From Azolla caroliniana (lineage: Eukaryota > Plantae > Polypodiophyta): a stretch of 64,000 nucleotides of DNA. The stretch lies in contig JBHGNT010000005.1 in assembly GCA_043228905.1 (NCBI GenBank), forward strand, positions 4,216,001 to 4,280,000, in the 5' to 3' direction. Shown here piece by piece: positions 25,382-38,105 of the stretch. The position numbers and the translations under genes are program-made. The notes beneath the pieces are model-generated. The model was not told the origin of the DNA and made no database searches. It saw only the letters and a program-made list of their open reading frames with translations. Every line of letters starts with the position of its first letter. Position 1 is the first letter of the stretch.

Positions 25382-28300
25382 CTAGAGGCGTGAGATGTCA
25401 CGTCCAAACACAAATGTCGTTGCCCAATTTACAGCCACATAGAACCTGTTGCGCCAACTAACTACTCGTGTCAAATAAGCTGACCGCCACACCAACCAGC
25501 TTATGAAACCTGCCCATGAGAAACCTCTTGATTCCTGCAAAGAAAATGACGAGTTTAGCAGATACAAATCAACCCATCACCATGTAAATACAGTGGGTTT
25601 TACTCTCTTAAGTTAAAAAATTTCTAAATATTTGGATTTTCTCGAGGATTTAGGAGTTTAAGCGCATTCAATCAATCAAAACCCTCTCCTTGTTTTGGCT
25701 TACAGTGGAAAAACTTTTTTTCTATCATTTCTCTTTCATCTTAGTGCATTCAACAACATTTCATATGTTCTGTTTCATTTTTTCTCTTCTAGACTGTAAT
25801 TTAATGGCTTGTTCAATAACTCTTGATCATTTTCCTCTTTGTCATATTTCTCATTAACTTTACTCTTTCCCTTTTTCTCTTTTATAACCTAAGTTTGCCT
25901 TTTCCTAGTATGGCTGTTCTAGTGGTAAACCAAGTTTTTACTAACCCATGTATCTGGATTCAAATCTAACTATGCACTAGTTTATAGTTACATGCAACTG
26001 CGGAATCGAGGGGTTGATGGAATGACCTTCTACTCTACTGGACAATCTTTCTAATTGAACTATAGACCTGTCTGGATATCCCTAGTTGTATGGTATGCTA
26101 AACAAAAATTTAATATGAATATTCTTTCAGTCATCTTTTTTCTCTTGCATATATCTTGATGTTAAGTTAAAGTGGAATTCTACAAGACTTTACACTAGGC
26201 CATAGGAATTTACCTTGCCTTTACGAAGGTCAACCAATGCTTTGTAGCTTCCAACTGATGCCATACTTCCCATATGTTTATATACAAAAGGCGGACCCTC
26301 TGGGACTGCCCCCATTTTACCAGCGGGCCCGCCTCCAGATTTCAGGATTCTGTTGAGCTCTTTGCCAAGGTATTTTCCTTGCCTTTCGGCAACCTGTAAA
26401 ATTTCCATACATGCATTCATTCATAAAAAGGAATGATAAACTTACTAAAATATGAAACCACTCTCCATTTTCTGGATGTTTAGAAAACTACCTAGTTTTC
26501 AGAAGCTACCAAAACTGCCAGCTTTGAAAACTAAAGTGGTACTTTGGTAAATGTGCAAAAAGAGAGGAACATTTTATCTATCGGATGAGGACTAGGGGAT
26601 TCGCCTAGTGGTTTGGGGCCTCGTGCTATAAGCCATTGTTTGGTGGGATTGGTCTAGTTGTATGGGACCTTTCCTTCTAACCCATATCAGGGGTAGTATA
26701 ATTTTAGGGTATATGCCTGTAAATGTCAAAAACATTGAGGTTTTTTTTATCTACAAAATAAGAGTTGAGGGATTGGCCTAGTGGCTTGGGGCCATGCTCT
26801 ATAAGACATAGGGTCCAGAATTCAATTCCCAGTTCCACCCTCAGTTGCCTCAAGTGGCAATTTACCTCCAAAGCATAAGAAAGATAAAAACAAAAAACAA
26901 AATCTTGACCTACATGATTGTATATACCTGAGCAAGAGCTGGTAGAACAGGTTTCCCAACACTTTCGACATAGCCTGCACAATCACCGATAGCATATACA
27001 TCCTCTACACCAGGAACTCTCAATCTTTCGTCGATACCAATCCTGCTAGCCACAAGGATCTATGCATGCTATATATTTATATACCATTATATGAGTTTTC
27101 CAATTATTTCCTTTCTTACTTAACACCTTCGCACAACCCCATTAAGAAAAAATATAAACAACAATTTGGAACCTTTGTGCATTGCTTCAAAAACCTTCCA
27201 TTGGAAAATGGTTCATTAAAGCGACAAGTAAAATATTAATTACATTTTTTTTAATACATGATTCATTAACAAGGTTCAGAATACTTCAATCAAGAGCAAT
27301 CAGGCCATTTCCAGCAACCCTCTTTTAAAACACAAAAAGTAAAGATCAAAACCTTTCCAATTGTGGTATTTCACAGTAATATTAATTAGAAAAAAAATTT
27401 AAAGAGATTCACACACCTTCCATCAGATGATTTTGGGAGCTCAAGTGATTTCACAAATTCCGATGGTCCGACACCAGTAGACCAAACAAGCAATCCATAC
27501 GGTACCTCTGATCCATCACTGAGCACAAGTTTCCCCGGTTGCACATCCTTTACAACGCCTTTCACAAACTTAACTCCTGCCTTTACTTCATACAAATGAG
27601 ATTAATGGACTCCCTTTACTAAATTACATAGCTAAACAATACCAATAAATTGATTCAAATAGCTAGATGTTTAGCACTGTAACACGTTCAATTGCCTCAA
27701 ACAACTAGATGCTTTATCCTCCATAACTGTGAAGTTTAGCAATTATATGTCCAATTGATTCAAATATTTATAACTTTAGCTCAATGCTTTATCCTAAATC
27801 AATGTGACATTTAGCACTGAAACGTCACCTTGATTCAAATATTTCACCTTAGCTGGATGCCTTATTGTTGGTCAATGTAAAGTTAGAACTAAAACTCTCC
27901 AATTCCATTAAAATATTTACATAATGCTTTCTCTCTTAAATATGAAGGTTAATACCGAATTTTTATGTTGATTTTTACTTTACGTGGATGTTTGGTCCTC
28001 CATAATGTGAAGGTTTAGCTCTTAAATGTCTGATTGACTTAAATTTTTTACCTTGGTTAGATGTTTAATCGCATATAACCTCAAGCTCAGATCGAATGAT
28101 GAGAGTATTTCCTTTGCCTACATTCATATGAGGATTTTGGTATCAAAGGAGGAAACAGTCACATTTAGAAAAACAGTTTAAAAAAGAAAAGTATTATCCA
28201 CCTCAATAAGTGTCACATGTATGTAATCTTGGACATGTGCATATCTTTGGTGCACATCCCTCTGAATGAAGTCACTTAGCTCACCACTAAATTCAACTCC

Positions 28301-31250
28301 AGTAGGTCCACCTCCTACTACAACACAATGCAGTAGTCTTTTTTTCTCCTCATCCGTAGTTCCTGCATGTCCATGTCGAAGAAGAAACAACATTGAGGTT
28401 TGTATCAAATATTATTAAGAATAGCTGCAATGAATTGTATAAAAACTCCTCTCAATCAGACTTGAAAACTCATCCTCAACTCTATATGATTACCATAAAT
28501 ACAATTATAAGGATCAGGGGTCATCATCTGTCCGTCCGCCTGTTTGTCTGTCTGTCTCTCACTGAACAAGTGTGGGAGTCAAAGTATCATACTTCGATCT
28601 GAACAAGCACAGGAGTATCACACTTTCATACAATACGTTGCATTCAACCATATTTGAGTTTGCTTTTCACACATTGTCATACCATCCCTATACACGTTCC
28701 TCTGACAATCACAATTTGCACTCTCAATTGCAACGTTTATCAGTAAAACTATTGAACATCAGGATCGCAAGTCAATTGCACACATACTATGTAAAGATGA
28801 TTCGTTTTTGGTCCCATAGGTCATATTTAATCTCTGAGGATGATAATAAAATCTATCTATCTATCTCAGCTTGGAAGTGCTCCTAGAAAGGTTGACCAAT
28901 ATAACTGGGAATAGCAGATGGCATAAGATTCAACAACGATTTCTTTATTATTGCATGAGCATTGGAAACTTCTTAAAGAAAACCGGCATTAATATTAGCT
29001 ACACAGATGTTGAAGGTCAATGTTTATCAGTAAAACTATTGAACATTGAGAGTCACTAGTCCCACTAGTCCATTGTACCCATACTATGCAAAGACTATTT
29101 GCTTTTGGTACCATAGGTCATATTTTACCTCTGGGAATGAGCAACAAATCTATCTATTTATCTATCTCAGCTTGTAAGTGCTCCTCAAAAGGTTGAGCAA
29201 TATTACCAGGAAGATCAGATAGCATAAGATTCAACAACAATTTCTTCCTTATTGCTTGAGCATCGGAAACTTCTCGAAGAAAAATAGCATGATTATTAAC
29301 TCCATGGATGTTGAAGGTCAATGCTTGCGCTCCTGAAGCGATTATAAGTTTATCATATGCTACAGTAAAAGCCTTTGGCTTTACTGAAGATGAAAGACCT
29401 TCCTCTTCTGTTATACAATAAATCTGGTACACAGATAATGGGAATTTAGCAAATGACAAGAAATGGCTAGTAAACACACTCTTCACACTTAAGTAACCAA
29501 ACAGATTTTTTCAGAAAGAAGAAGAATCTTCCCATAAAAGGAAATTACAAAGAATCAATGAGAAGTACAACTACTCCAGCAATTCTTCAATGGCCATAGA
29601 GATCCACTCTGTTCAAGATTAGAACCTGTGCATTTTTCACAACATTTAAACAGAATATGAATCTACTAGAAATGAACACAGCTTCGGGAAGCTAATCCTT
29701 TCTAGACAACTTAAATACATGGCTGTGCATTTAAGTTGATCCACTGAAAAGAAGTGAGCTTTGGGAGATGAATCATATGAAAAGGAATTAAATATGTGGC
29801 ATTTTATTCTAAGGCGAAGTACCATTCTTGCTATAATCTAATTACATTTCGACTAACATCATATTACCTTTAGAATTAATATAAGAAGATCCTCTGCAGA
29901 TAAATTTTATATGTGGCAAGGTATTATAAGTGATAAGAGTAGCCTTCCTGCTATGGACTACTTAGATTTTGCTATACTTTAATTAGATCTTATACCAACA
30001 CTAAACATATTAAATGTTTTAAGAAGATCCTATTATGTTGAATAGGTAAATCTATGAAAAACAAATAGTAAACATGCTTCAGGGAGACATAATATCCAGT
30101 GAATCCTTTGCCAGTTATTTAATATGTGGTCTACTATTGTTATCGGGAGGCTAGCCTTGTTGTTGCGATGCACTGAGATTCAAATGACATAAATATTTGT
30201 TCAATTAGAATAAATAGGCAGAATCATTGCTAAGATCCCACAATGTTACATTATGATGGTCAACTAGATGAATACTACTTAATTGTGGCCATATATTGTA
30301 AGTGTTAAGAAAGGTCGTGCATTTTCGATCCACTGAGATGCAGACACCATAAATATTTGACTACAAATTGTAATTGACAGCATGGACCTGGTTCAATGAG
30401 TCAAGGAAATTCATCCAGATTTGTTAATTGATGAAAAGAGAGGTGGAAACATAGAGAACTTTACCTTATGATTGTGTGCATCAATGTTGGTGCAATGGCC
30501 AAGAAAGAAGTAAGAATTGGGAGATTTCGAAAGAGCAGACTGAATGCGAACCACTGGCTCAGCGACTGATCGGAACTCAAGTGTCCCAACACAAGTGGAA
30601 GCCAACAAAGGAGTGAAAACCATGTGGTTTCTCGGTGAGATGCACACTATATCACACAGTGCGGGGTCAAGATCTTTCATGAGCCGAGAAGCCGCCCATC
30701 CTGTCCCTAAAATTACTATTCTTGGCTTTTGGCCTAACTTGGGTGGTGGCAAATGGCTTTCCAGAATGCTCGTATCTGGGCTATGCAGGGATCCCTCGGG
30801 ATGAATATCTTTTTCTATATCACTCGGAATCTCTGTATTGATAGAAAAGCATCGGAGATATGTTGTTCTTGTTGCCAAATTAGACCTTCTCAGATTAAAG
30901 CCAGTGAATCCTTGCCCTCGGGACAAGGATTCTTTCCGCATAGAATTTTCATGTGAGAGAAGCTCCAGATTCCCTTTTCCATATGGATCTTTTGCATTAA
31001 ATATGGATTCCCTCAAAACGCCAGAGGAATATTGTTGTTTGAATACACATTCGCGCATAGCCTCAAATGGACCTCTTGTATCAGCTGAAAATTCTCGTAC
31101 GGGCTCAATGGATCTTGACCAAACCCAGGAAGATCGGAGAGATGGAGACAACCATGAATCTCCTTCTGCAAGGGGCCAAAACAGCCTCCTCCTCCTTTCT
31201 GCTGCTCTGAGGGAGGCCAAAGCAGCTTTCTGAAGAGAACCCATCACCAT
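25382..31250 (-). CDS. NDA: Internal alternative (type II) NAD(P)H:ubiquinone oxidoreductase, NDA family, 8 exons, ~613 aa
   Basis: Exons: 31250-30465, 29423-29207, 28362-28202, 28117-28052, 27580-27417, 27042-26928, 26393-26214, 25534-25382, with consistent phases. Motifs: [104 protein letters not shown]. The C-terminus is SRL and there is no EF-hand insert. Confidence 0.96.
26766..26842 (+). mobile_element. tRNA-derived SINE-like head (degenerate) in NDA intron 6
   Basis: A-box-like TGGCCTAGTGG and B-box-like GAATTCAATTCCC at tRNA-like spacing. Partial copies occur at ~26596-26625 and ~26645-26665. Confidence 0.45.
27640..28075. repeat. Degenerate ~70-bp tandem array in NDA intron 4, anchored on the exon 4 donor
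   Basis: Units such as 'aaatatttcaccttagctggatgc...aatgtga.gtttagc' resemble the real junction 'aaattttttaccttggttagatg'. Confidence 0.6.
28735..29022 (-). pseudogene. Degenerate tandem copy of the 3' part of NDA exon 2 plus adjacent intron (pseudo-exon)
   Basis: The ~288-bp unit starting 'gtttatcagtaaaactattgaacat' is repeated at 29023-~29323. In the copy, CTT-CGA-GAA has become CTT-TAA-GAA and the donor is altered. Confidence 0.85.
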
Positions 31251-32982
31251 AGGTGGGGATTGGGAAAAGGCCCCTGAAGCTCTAGATCAAATGAAGCAGA
31301 AGCTTCTGCCCATCAGAGCAGTGACAGAGTATGATATGAAGTCTACTAAATTTGGGCCTATATTTAGAGATTCTCCAAATGCTTGGGGATACACTTAAGA
31401 GGTGTGTGTGTGTGTGTGTGAAAAGCTTGAAAAAGAGAGACATATATGTACATATACATACACACACATTATTGCGGGCTCAGTCGAAGCAGAGGCCAAA
31501 ACACCCTTTTTACGAAGGAGAGACCAGCACGAGATTACGGTCGACTGGAGGCCAAAATTGATCCGCAAGACAAATCATGATTACAATTTACAAATACGGC
31601 TGAATCCATGTCATCCATACTGAAAACAAATCGATCAATCGAAGGCTCTTGGGTTTTAAGTTCCATGATAATGATCCTTTCATGCATGATTTGCGTGGAT
31701 TGACTTTGGATACAATTTGCAAGCATTAATAAGTGCGTAATCTAATACGTAGGGGTTGCGTAATGGTGGGGGAACAACAGGTATACAAAGTGGGTTGGTG
31801 TGGTGCAACCAGACTATAGCGGAGTTCAGCGAGGGCATTTTGGGTGTCTGCATGCAAATTAGCCATGTTAGGCAATAATCTCCATCATCTGGCGATGATA
31901 TGTCCCCCCTGTCCCTTGTATTCATGCATTCATGGTCTCGATTAGCACTAACATTCCTCCATGTGCTCTATGGTGACTCATGGACACATTATGAGTAGAG
32001 ATGTGAACCTATGGAAGAAGTTGGTGATGCATCCCATGTTTCGCAAAGTCGATGAAAAGTATTATTGAATATTATACATTCATCATTGTTATTGTTAAGT
32101 ATTACAATAATACCCTTTGTGAAGAAAATGAGGCAAAATATTGTTATCTAGTGTTTTTTGGAAATTTATTAAAACACATTCTGATACTATATTACATTGG
32201 ATGCCTATTACCCATTGTTTTTCAATAGATTTCTAAAAATATACCAATGAAGATTCAAATAATACATATAATGCAAGGTTTGTCATCCATTGCTTTCGGG
32301 AATTTGTAAAGATATGATAAGGGTATGTAACTATGTTTAAGAAGAAAAGAGATTTGTCCATGGTTGAACTATATTGTTGTTTGCAATTTGATCATCCAAA
32401 ATCGATGCTCTATTTAGAGATCCTCCAAAATTTAGGGCCACTCATAGATATTTGTTTTGTGAATGTATTGTTTGGCTCTCGTGCTTTGAGAAAAAGTCTA
32501 TTATCCACCTCTTATGGACACCCATTATCAATTGTAAATGTCTTATCATCCATCCATTGTAAAAGTAGATTATCCATTATCCATTGTTTTTTGGGGAAAA
32601 CTTTATAAAAATAGGTATGATTCTTATCCATCCATAATAAACCTCTATCTCTTCGCCATATACTCTTCCCAATTTAGGCTACAATCGAACATCATAAACC
32701 CTTCAAATAAATATTTGGGGCTTTGTTTAAGACGCACCAAATTTGGGGCTAAGCTAGATATTTGTGTTTGGGAAATGTATAAAATTTATGGCTCTATATT
32801 AAAAGTTTATGCTTAAGAAACATAGATACATTGTGACATCGCTTTGTTTGAGAGGAACCAAAAGAAACATTTTGGATTGTGTGAAGAGGTAGGTAATGTG
32901 TATTAAGTGAATCTCGATGCTCAAAATTCTTACTAGTGAGCATTGCAATTGGAAGTTTCGGAATAGAGAATAGCTTAACATG

Positions 32983-33083
32983 TTAAGGAAGAAAACCTCT
33001 AGATTGAATGTTGACAAGAACTTCGACACTAAGTGCTTAAGGAAGCAAACCTCTAGATTGAACGTTGATAAGAACTTTGACAC
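32983..33083. repeat. 54-bp tandem duplication
   Basis: 'ttaaggaag.aaacctctagattgaa.gttga.aagaactt.gacac' occurs twice. Confidence 0.85.
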
Positions 33084-33465
33084 CGAGTGTAAATAATCTC
33101 CTCGACCTTATTTCCCTTCATTTTTTTAAAGGCAAAATACAATCAGTAAAGAGGAAATATATACTTCATTCACAACTAGCATGACAACTACTTCCTATTC
33201 TTCAATTTAAGCATCTCCACATCTCAAAATTCTATATATTTGTCATGAAAGAGCAAATACCAACAAGAGAATGAGGGTGTTTTCGAAGAACATGTAGAGG
33301 TTGTTCATAAGTTAGAGAATAATGAGCACCCTTCTCATTAGTGTGAGTTCCTCTAATTTTGGGGCAACATTAGATTATATTAGATATTTCTTTAGCATCC
33401 ATAGAGAGGCCAATATTGACCAATAGAGAGATGAGTTGGGGGATTCAACCTACACCATACATCCA

Positions 33466-33672
33466 TGGAACATGAAGATGGGGAAATTCCCATCTAACTA
33501 GTGCATCAGCCCATAGTGTCTTTAACAACAAAAGTATGGAGACATATAGTAGATGTAAAGAAAATTACTGGAACATGAAGATGGGGAAATTCCCATCTAA
33601 CTAGTGCATCATCCCATAGTGTCTTTAATAGCAAAAGTATGAAGACAAATAGTTGATGTAAAGAAAATTACT
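33466..33672. repeat. 103-bp tandem duplication
   Basis: 'tggaacatgaagatggggaaattcccatc...gtaaagaaaattac' occurs at 33466 and 33569 with a few substitutions. Confidence 0.9.
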
Positions 33673-34326
33673 TACATGATTCAATATGGTTCACCCAAGT
33701 TTGGGAATGACACTAGGGAATCAAACCAAGAACCTATATGTGCCATGAAATCCAATTACCTAAGTGGACAATGTATGAGCACCAAGTGTTTTATATTGAC
33801 AATTGATTGTTGACGGAAGACAAATGATAGATATAAGGCTATTCTATCAAAGTTTGAATTGTCCATGACATAGATACATCTCGCAATTGAAGGAGCTGAC
33901 ACAACAAAAAAAATTATGACAAAGAAAACACTTAATATGACCAATAATAGAATGCATTAATTGACGGTTTACTGAAAAAGCCGATCTATTTATAATAATA
34001 ATAGTAATAAAGCACAACTATATTTTTCATCTGAAACATATAGCTTTACAATCATGTTTCAACTAGGCTTCTCAAAACAGCAGTCGAGAGCCTTTTAAAC
34101 AAAAACATTAATAGAGATTTTAAGACTAAAAAAGTATACATAAGCACTAGCTCTTGAGTGTTTTAGGGCTTGGGGTTTTTGTCTGACATGGATTTTATTC
34201 GTCTTACAAGCTGCAATAATATACACAGTACTCGTATGAACAAGTTTGCATAGCTATAACAACATCATGGGAGAAGCATCCAGCTATTCCTTTTTGGTGG
34301 TTGCAGTTATCACATAGAAACCAACA

Positions 34327-37300
34327 CTAACCAACACTTCCTTCTAGCTTTATACTCATCAATTGGTTGACCTCGGATGCAAACTCAAGAGGGAGTTCAT
34401 TGAAAACCTCTCGACAGAAGCCACCAATTATGGCAGCAATCGCTTTCTCTTGATCTATGCCTCTTTGCTGGAAATAGAAGAGTTGATCCTCGCCGATTTT
34501 AGAAGTGCTCGCTTCGTGTTCAACCCGGGCAGATGGATCCTTCACCTGTTAGCATACATATAACAAATAAAACTTGAGTAAACTTTAAACAAGTTGCAAT
34601 GCACATCCATATAGACTCTATCATGCTAATCGATCCAAATAGATACAATCAACAAAAAAGAGGATAGAAATCATAAATTCTAGGTCTGAACCAAAGATGG
34701 CACAGCATATAAAAGGTCATAGATCCAAATTGATAAAATCAACAAAAATAAATAATAGAATCATAGGTGATATGCTCAAATCATTCACTCCATAAATAGC
34801 ACTATGCAAAACCCAGTACATTCATAATCATGTGCACAACAGTATAATTCCTAATCCGCTTCATATGCCCTTGGCAGCTCAGGCATTTGAGCCCAAATGG
34901 AAATAGGACTAGAATATAAAAGTTTTGAAAGAGATGGATGAATGTTACCGTCGCTAGAGGCTAAGTATGATGCATGGATCCCGAAGGATTAATACAATAT
35001 AGGGAGAGCAACAGCTTATCTCACATCTAAAGAAAAGAATTTTTGAATCTTTGCAAGTAAACTCCAAAAGTTGTGCATGATGTCCAATTGCTAAGTGATC
35101 TTCTAACACTTGTTCAGGAATTCACAATCTTGGAGCAGTCCAAAATTTTTAATGTCAATGGGAGAATATGTAGAGCAAATAAGCACCAAGTGTTCACTGC
35201 AAATAATGAATGATAAGAGGTGATGGTAATAGTGATAATAGTGCTGATGATATATTAACATCCACATGGGACCAGCAAACATTACAAAGCACTGCTCTCC
35301 CCAGTAATTAGGTGGGAGATTTTTAAATGGTAGAGAAGGGGAAAGTGGGATTCAAACTGTTAACCTTTAGGAAGCTAGTAATGGAACATACCACTAGAAA
35401 GAGAGTGAACGCAAGAGAAAAGTAATATATAACGCCTATTAGAGGCTGAAATCCGCCTAGAAGACAAATCATGACTACAAATATGGATGAATTAGAAACA
35501 AAAGTTCATGATAACAAACTTAATGAATGAGAGATATTCTTGTCTTAATGCAATATTGTCCTCACGAGACCATATCATGAACTATGGAACCATCATAGTA
35601 TTACAAGAGATCCCCATGCAAAAGAAAGAGAACAGCACGCATCTGGCTCATGCATTTTTAGTAACTTCAATCTTATGCTTAAAGAGAGAGAAATCATGTT
35701 AAAATTAAATGTTCCAAAGGAACAATCTATATGGCTACTGTAACAGAGTTTCCCTCCTATTTATCAATCTCTGTGCTATGATTAATGTAAACTTAGAAAC
35801 TCTTTTGAGCATCAAACCATTGATCCGAATCAGGTCATTTGCCCTCTCTCTTGGTGGGTCACCTTGAAGGAAGGTTGCCTCTCGCTGTATGTAATTTCTT
35901 TATTAAATATCAAACAACAGAGGCACAATTGAGTAGCAAGGCCTTCATACACCAAATTAACTATAGGTCTACACCACAAGACCCTAGTTTTCCAAACAGC
36001 ATAACCATAATCTATTGCAAGCTTTATTTACTTGTCAGAACATCTTAATCTTCTTTCCTAAAGATCCAATGATATCTCATTTCTAATACCTTCCCATCTG
36101 CATTGGGACACCTAAAATGCTTCACAACCTTTAAAACTATCTTGGAAAAGAGGTAATGCACATTTCTTGAGTTCCTATCATCAGGGCACACTCTCAATCA
36201 GCCAAGCTTCTTAATAACATATCCTGGATTCGGCTATTATTAAACCATATAAATCTCTCAATCATCTAACAACTTGAAATAAATAATGACACACTGTTGA
36301 AAAAGATATGATTGCCCATCATTTTTTTTTCAATCGGTTAGCTTCTGGAACCAGTGATCATCTCTCTCATCATCTATTGTTACTACATACACACTTTTTT
36401 CTCAATCATCTAGCTTCTCAAAATAAACAATGACATCTCTCTCAATCATCATTTTGTGAAATGAATAAAGGCATTTTCTCTAGATCCTCTATCATTGATT
36501 GCATGTGTATCATTTTCTCAATCGTCCACTACTTGAAGTATAAACAAAAATCAGCTCACCTGGATATAAGGATATGTATTGGCTGCCGCTTGATCGCCCA
36601 AAAGCATTGAATCACATTGCGAGAAGTTCCTCGCATTATGAGCAGACGGTTGAACTTGAACAAGACCTCTATAACAATTCATTGATTGACCAGCTGATAT
36701 ACCCTTAGAAACAATTCGACTCTTGGTATTCTTACCAACATGGATCATTTTTGTGCCAGTGTCTGCTTGTTGCCTATTGTTGGTCACGGCCACCGAGTAG
36801 AACTCTCCTTTGGAATTATCTCCTTTCAGCACAACACTAGGGTATTTCCATGTAATAGCTGACCCAGTCTCAACTTGGGTCCAAGAGATCTTCGAGTTTT
36901 GCCCATCACAAAGACCTCTTTTGGTGACAAAGTTGTATATACCACCCTTTCCATCCTCATCGCCCGCATACCAATTTTGTACAGTAGAGTACTTAATTTC
37001 GGCACCCTCAGCACAATACAGCTCAACTACTGCTGCGTGAAGCTGGTTCTTGTCATAAGAAGGGGCAGTACAACCTTCTAGATAACTCACAAAGCTTCGT
37101 TCATCAGCTACAATTAGGGTTCGTTCGAATTGCCCTGTTTCTAGTGAATTGATTCTAAAGTAAGTCGAGATTTCCATAGGTGAAACAGTGTCTTTCGGTA
37201 TATAGCAAAACGACCCATCACTAAAAACCGCTGAATTCAGGGCAGAATAAAAGTTATCGGCAACCGGAACAACTTTCCCAAGGTATTTCTTGATTAGTTC

Positions 37301-37993
37301 AGGGTATTCTCGCACGGCTTCCGAAATCGAACAAAAAATAACTCCAGATGCTTCTAGAGTCTTTCTATGAGTAGTGGCTATGGAAACACTGTCGAAAACA
37401 GCATCCACAGCAACATTCGCAAGTCTTTTTTGTTCAGTTAGCGGAATCCCTAACCTTTGAAATGTATTAAGAAGTTCGGGATCAACCTCGTCTAAGCTTT
37501 GTTTCTTCTCTTTTTGCTTTGGTTCCGTGTAATAACAAAAATCTTGAAAATCAATGGGGGGATACATATTGTCAGACCATGTGGGCTCTTTCATCTTCAA
37601 CCATTGTTTGTATGCGTTGAGCCGGAACTCGAGAAGCCATGAAGGTTCTTCTTTCTTCGCTGAGATAAGCCTAATGGTTTCTTCAGAGAGACCTTTAGGT
37701 ATAGAGACTGATTCTATGTCTGAGACAAAACCCCACTTGTAATCTCTCTTCAGAAACTGTTGTATCGCGTCGTTCGAGGGGGAAGATGGTGAAGGAGGCG
37801 AAGATCCTTGTTCTCTCTCTAGAATAGTAGATCCACCGTCGCTGATCTGCGCAGAGATGGAGAGGAAAACCCTCTTTGGCCTTTTGTCTGTGATGAGTCC
37901 GAGCTTGGTTATCGAGGGAAAGAAGACTGGATTGCGAACGAAGGAGGAAGAATAGTGGATAGGGAGGGTCGCGGTTGGATTTGAGGCAGACAT
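34327..37993 (-). CDS. SUFB: Plastid Fe-S cluster assembly scaffold SufB (ABCI8/NAP1, Ycf24 family), 2 exons, ~550 aa
   Basis: Exons 37993-36560 and 34545-34327, phase 0. Ser-rich transit peptide. Motifs: [109 protein letters not shown]. Confidence 0.98.
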
Positions 37994-38049
37994 AGCTTAT
38001 GGCTATGGCGATGGCTCTGACTCTGAGCAAAACCACTTGTTTGTGTTTG

Positions 38050-38055
38050 GAAGAA

Positions 38056-38087
<32 letters not shown>

Positions 38088-38105
38088 TGCTGTTGATGAT
38101 GATGA
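38050..38105. repeat. (GAA)n/(GAT)n microsatellite in the SufB 5' leader
   Basis: gaagaagaa...gatgatg tract immediately upstream of the start codon (CTT/TCA-rich on the sense strand). Confidence 0.8.

Noticed and set aside
26766-26842. Functional tRNA gene
   Set aside because: The B-box deviates from GTTCRA and I could not fold a convincing cloverleaf, so it is treated as SINE-like.
34327-37993. SufB as a plastid-DNA insertion or bacterial HGT
   Set aside because: It has a transit peptide and a spliceosomal intron, consistent with the normal nuclear land-plant gene.
9395-37993. Functional redox or Fe-cofactor cluster (cyt c6A, NDA, SufB)
   Set aside because: The genes act in different compartments and pathways, an unrelated gene lies between them, and nothing indicates co-regulation. 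Adjacency is likely chance.
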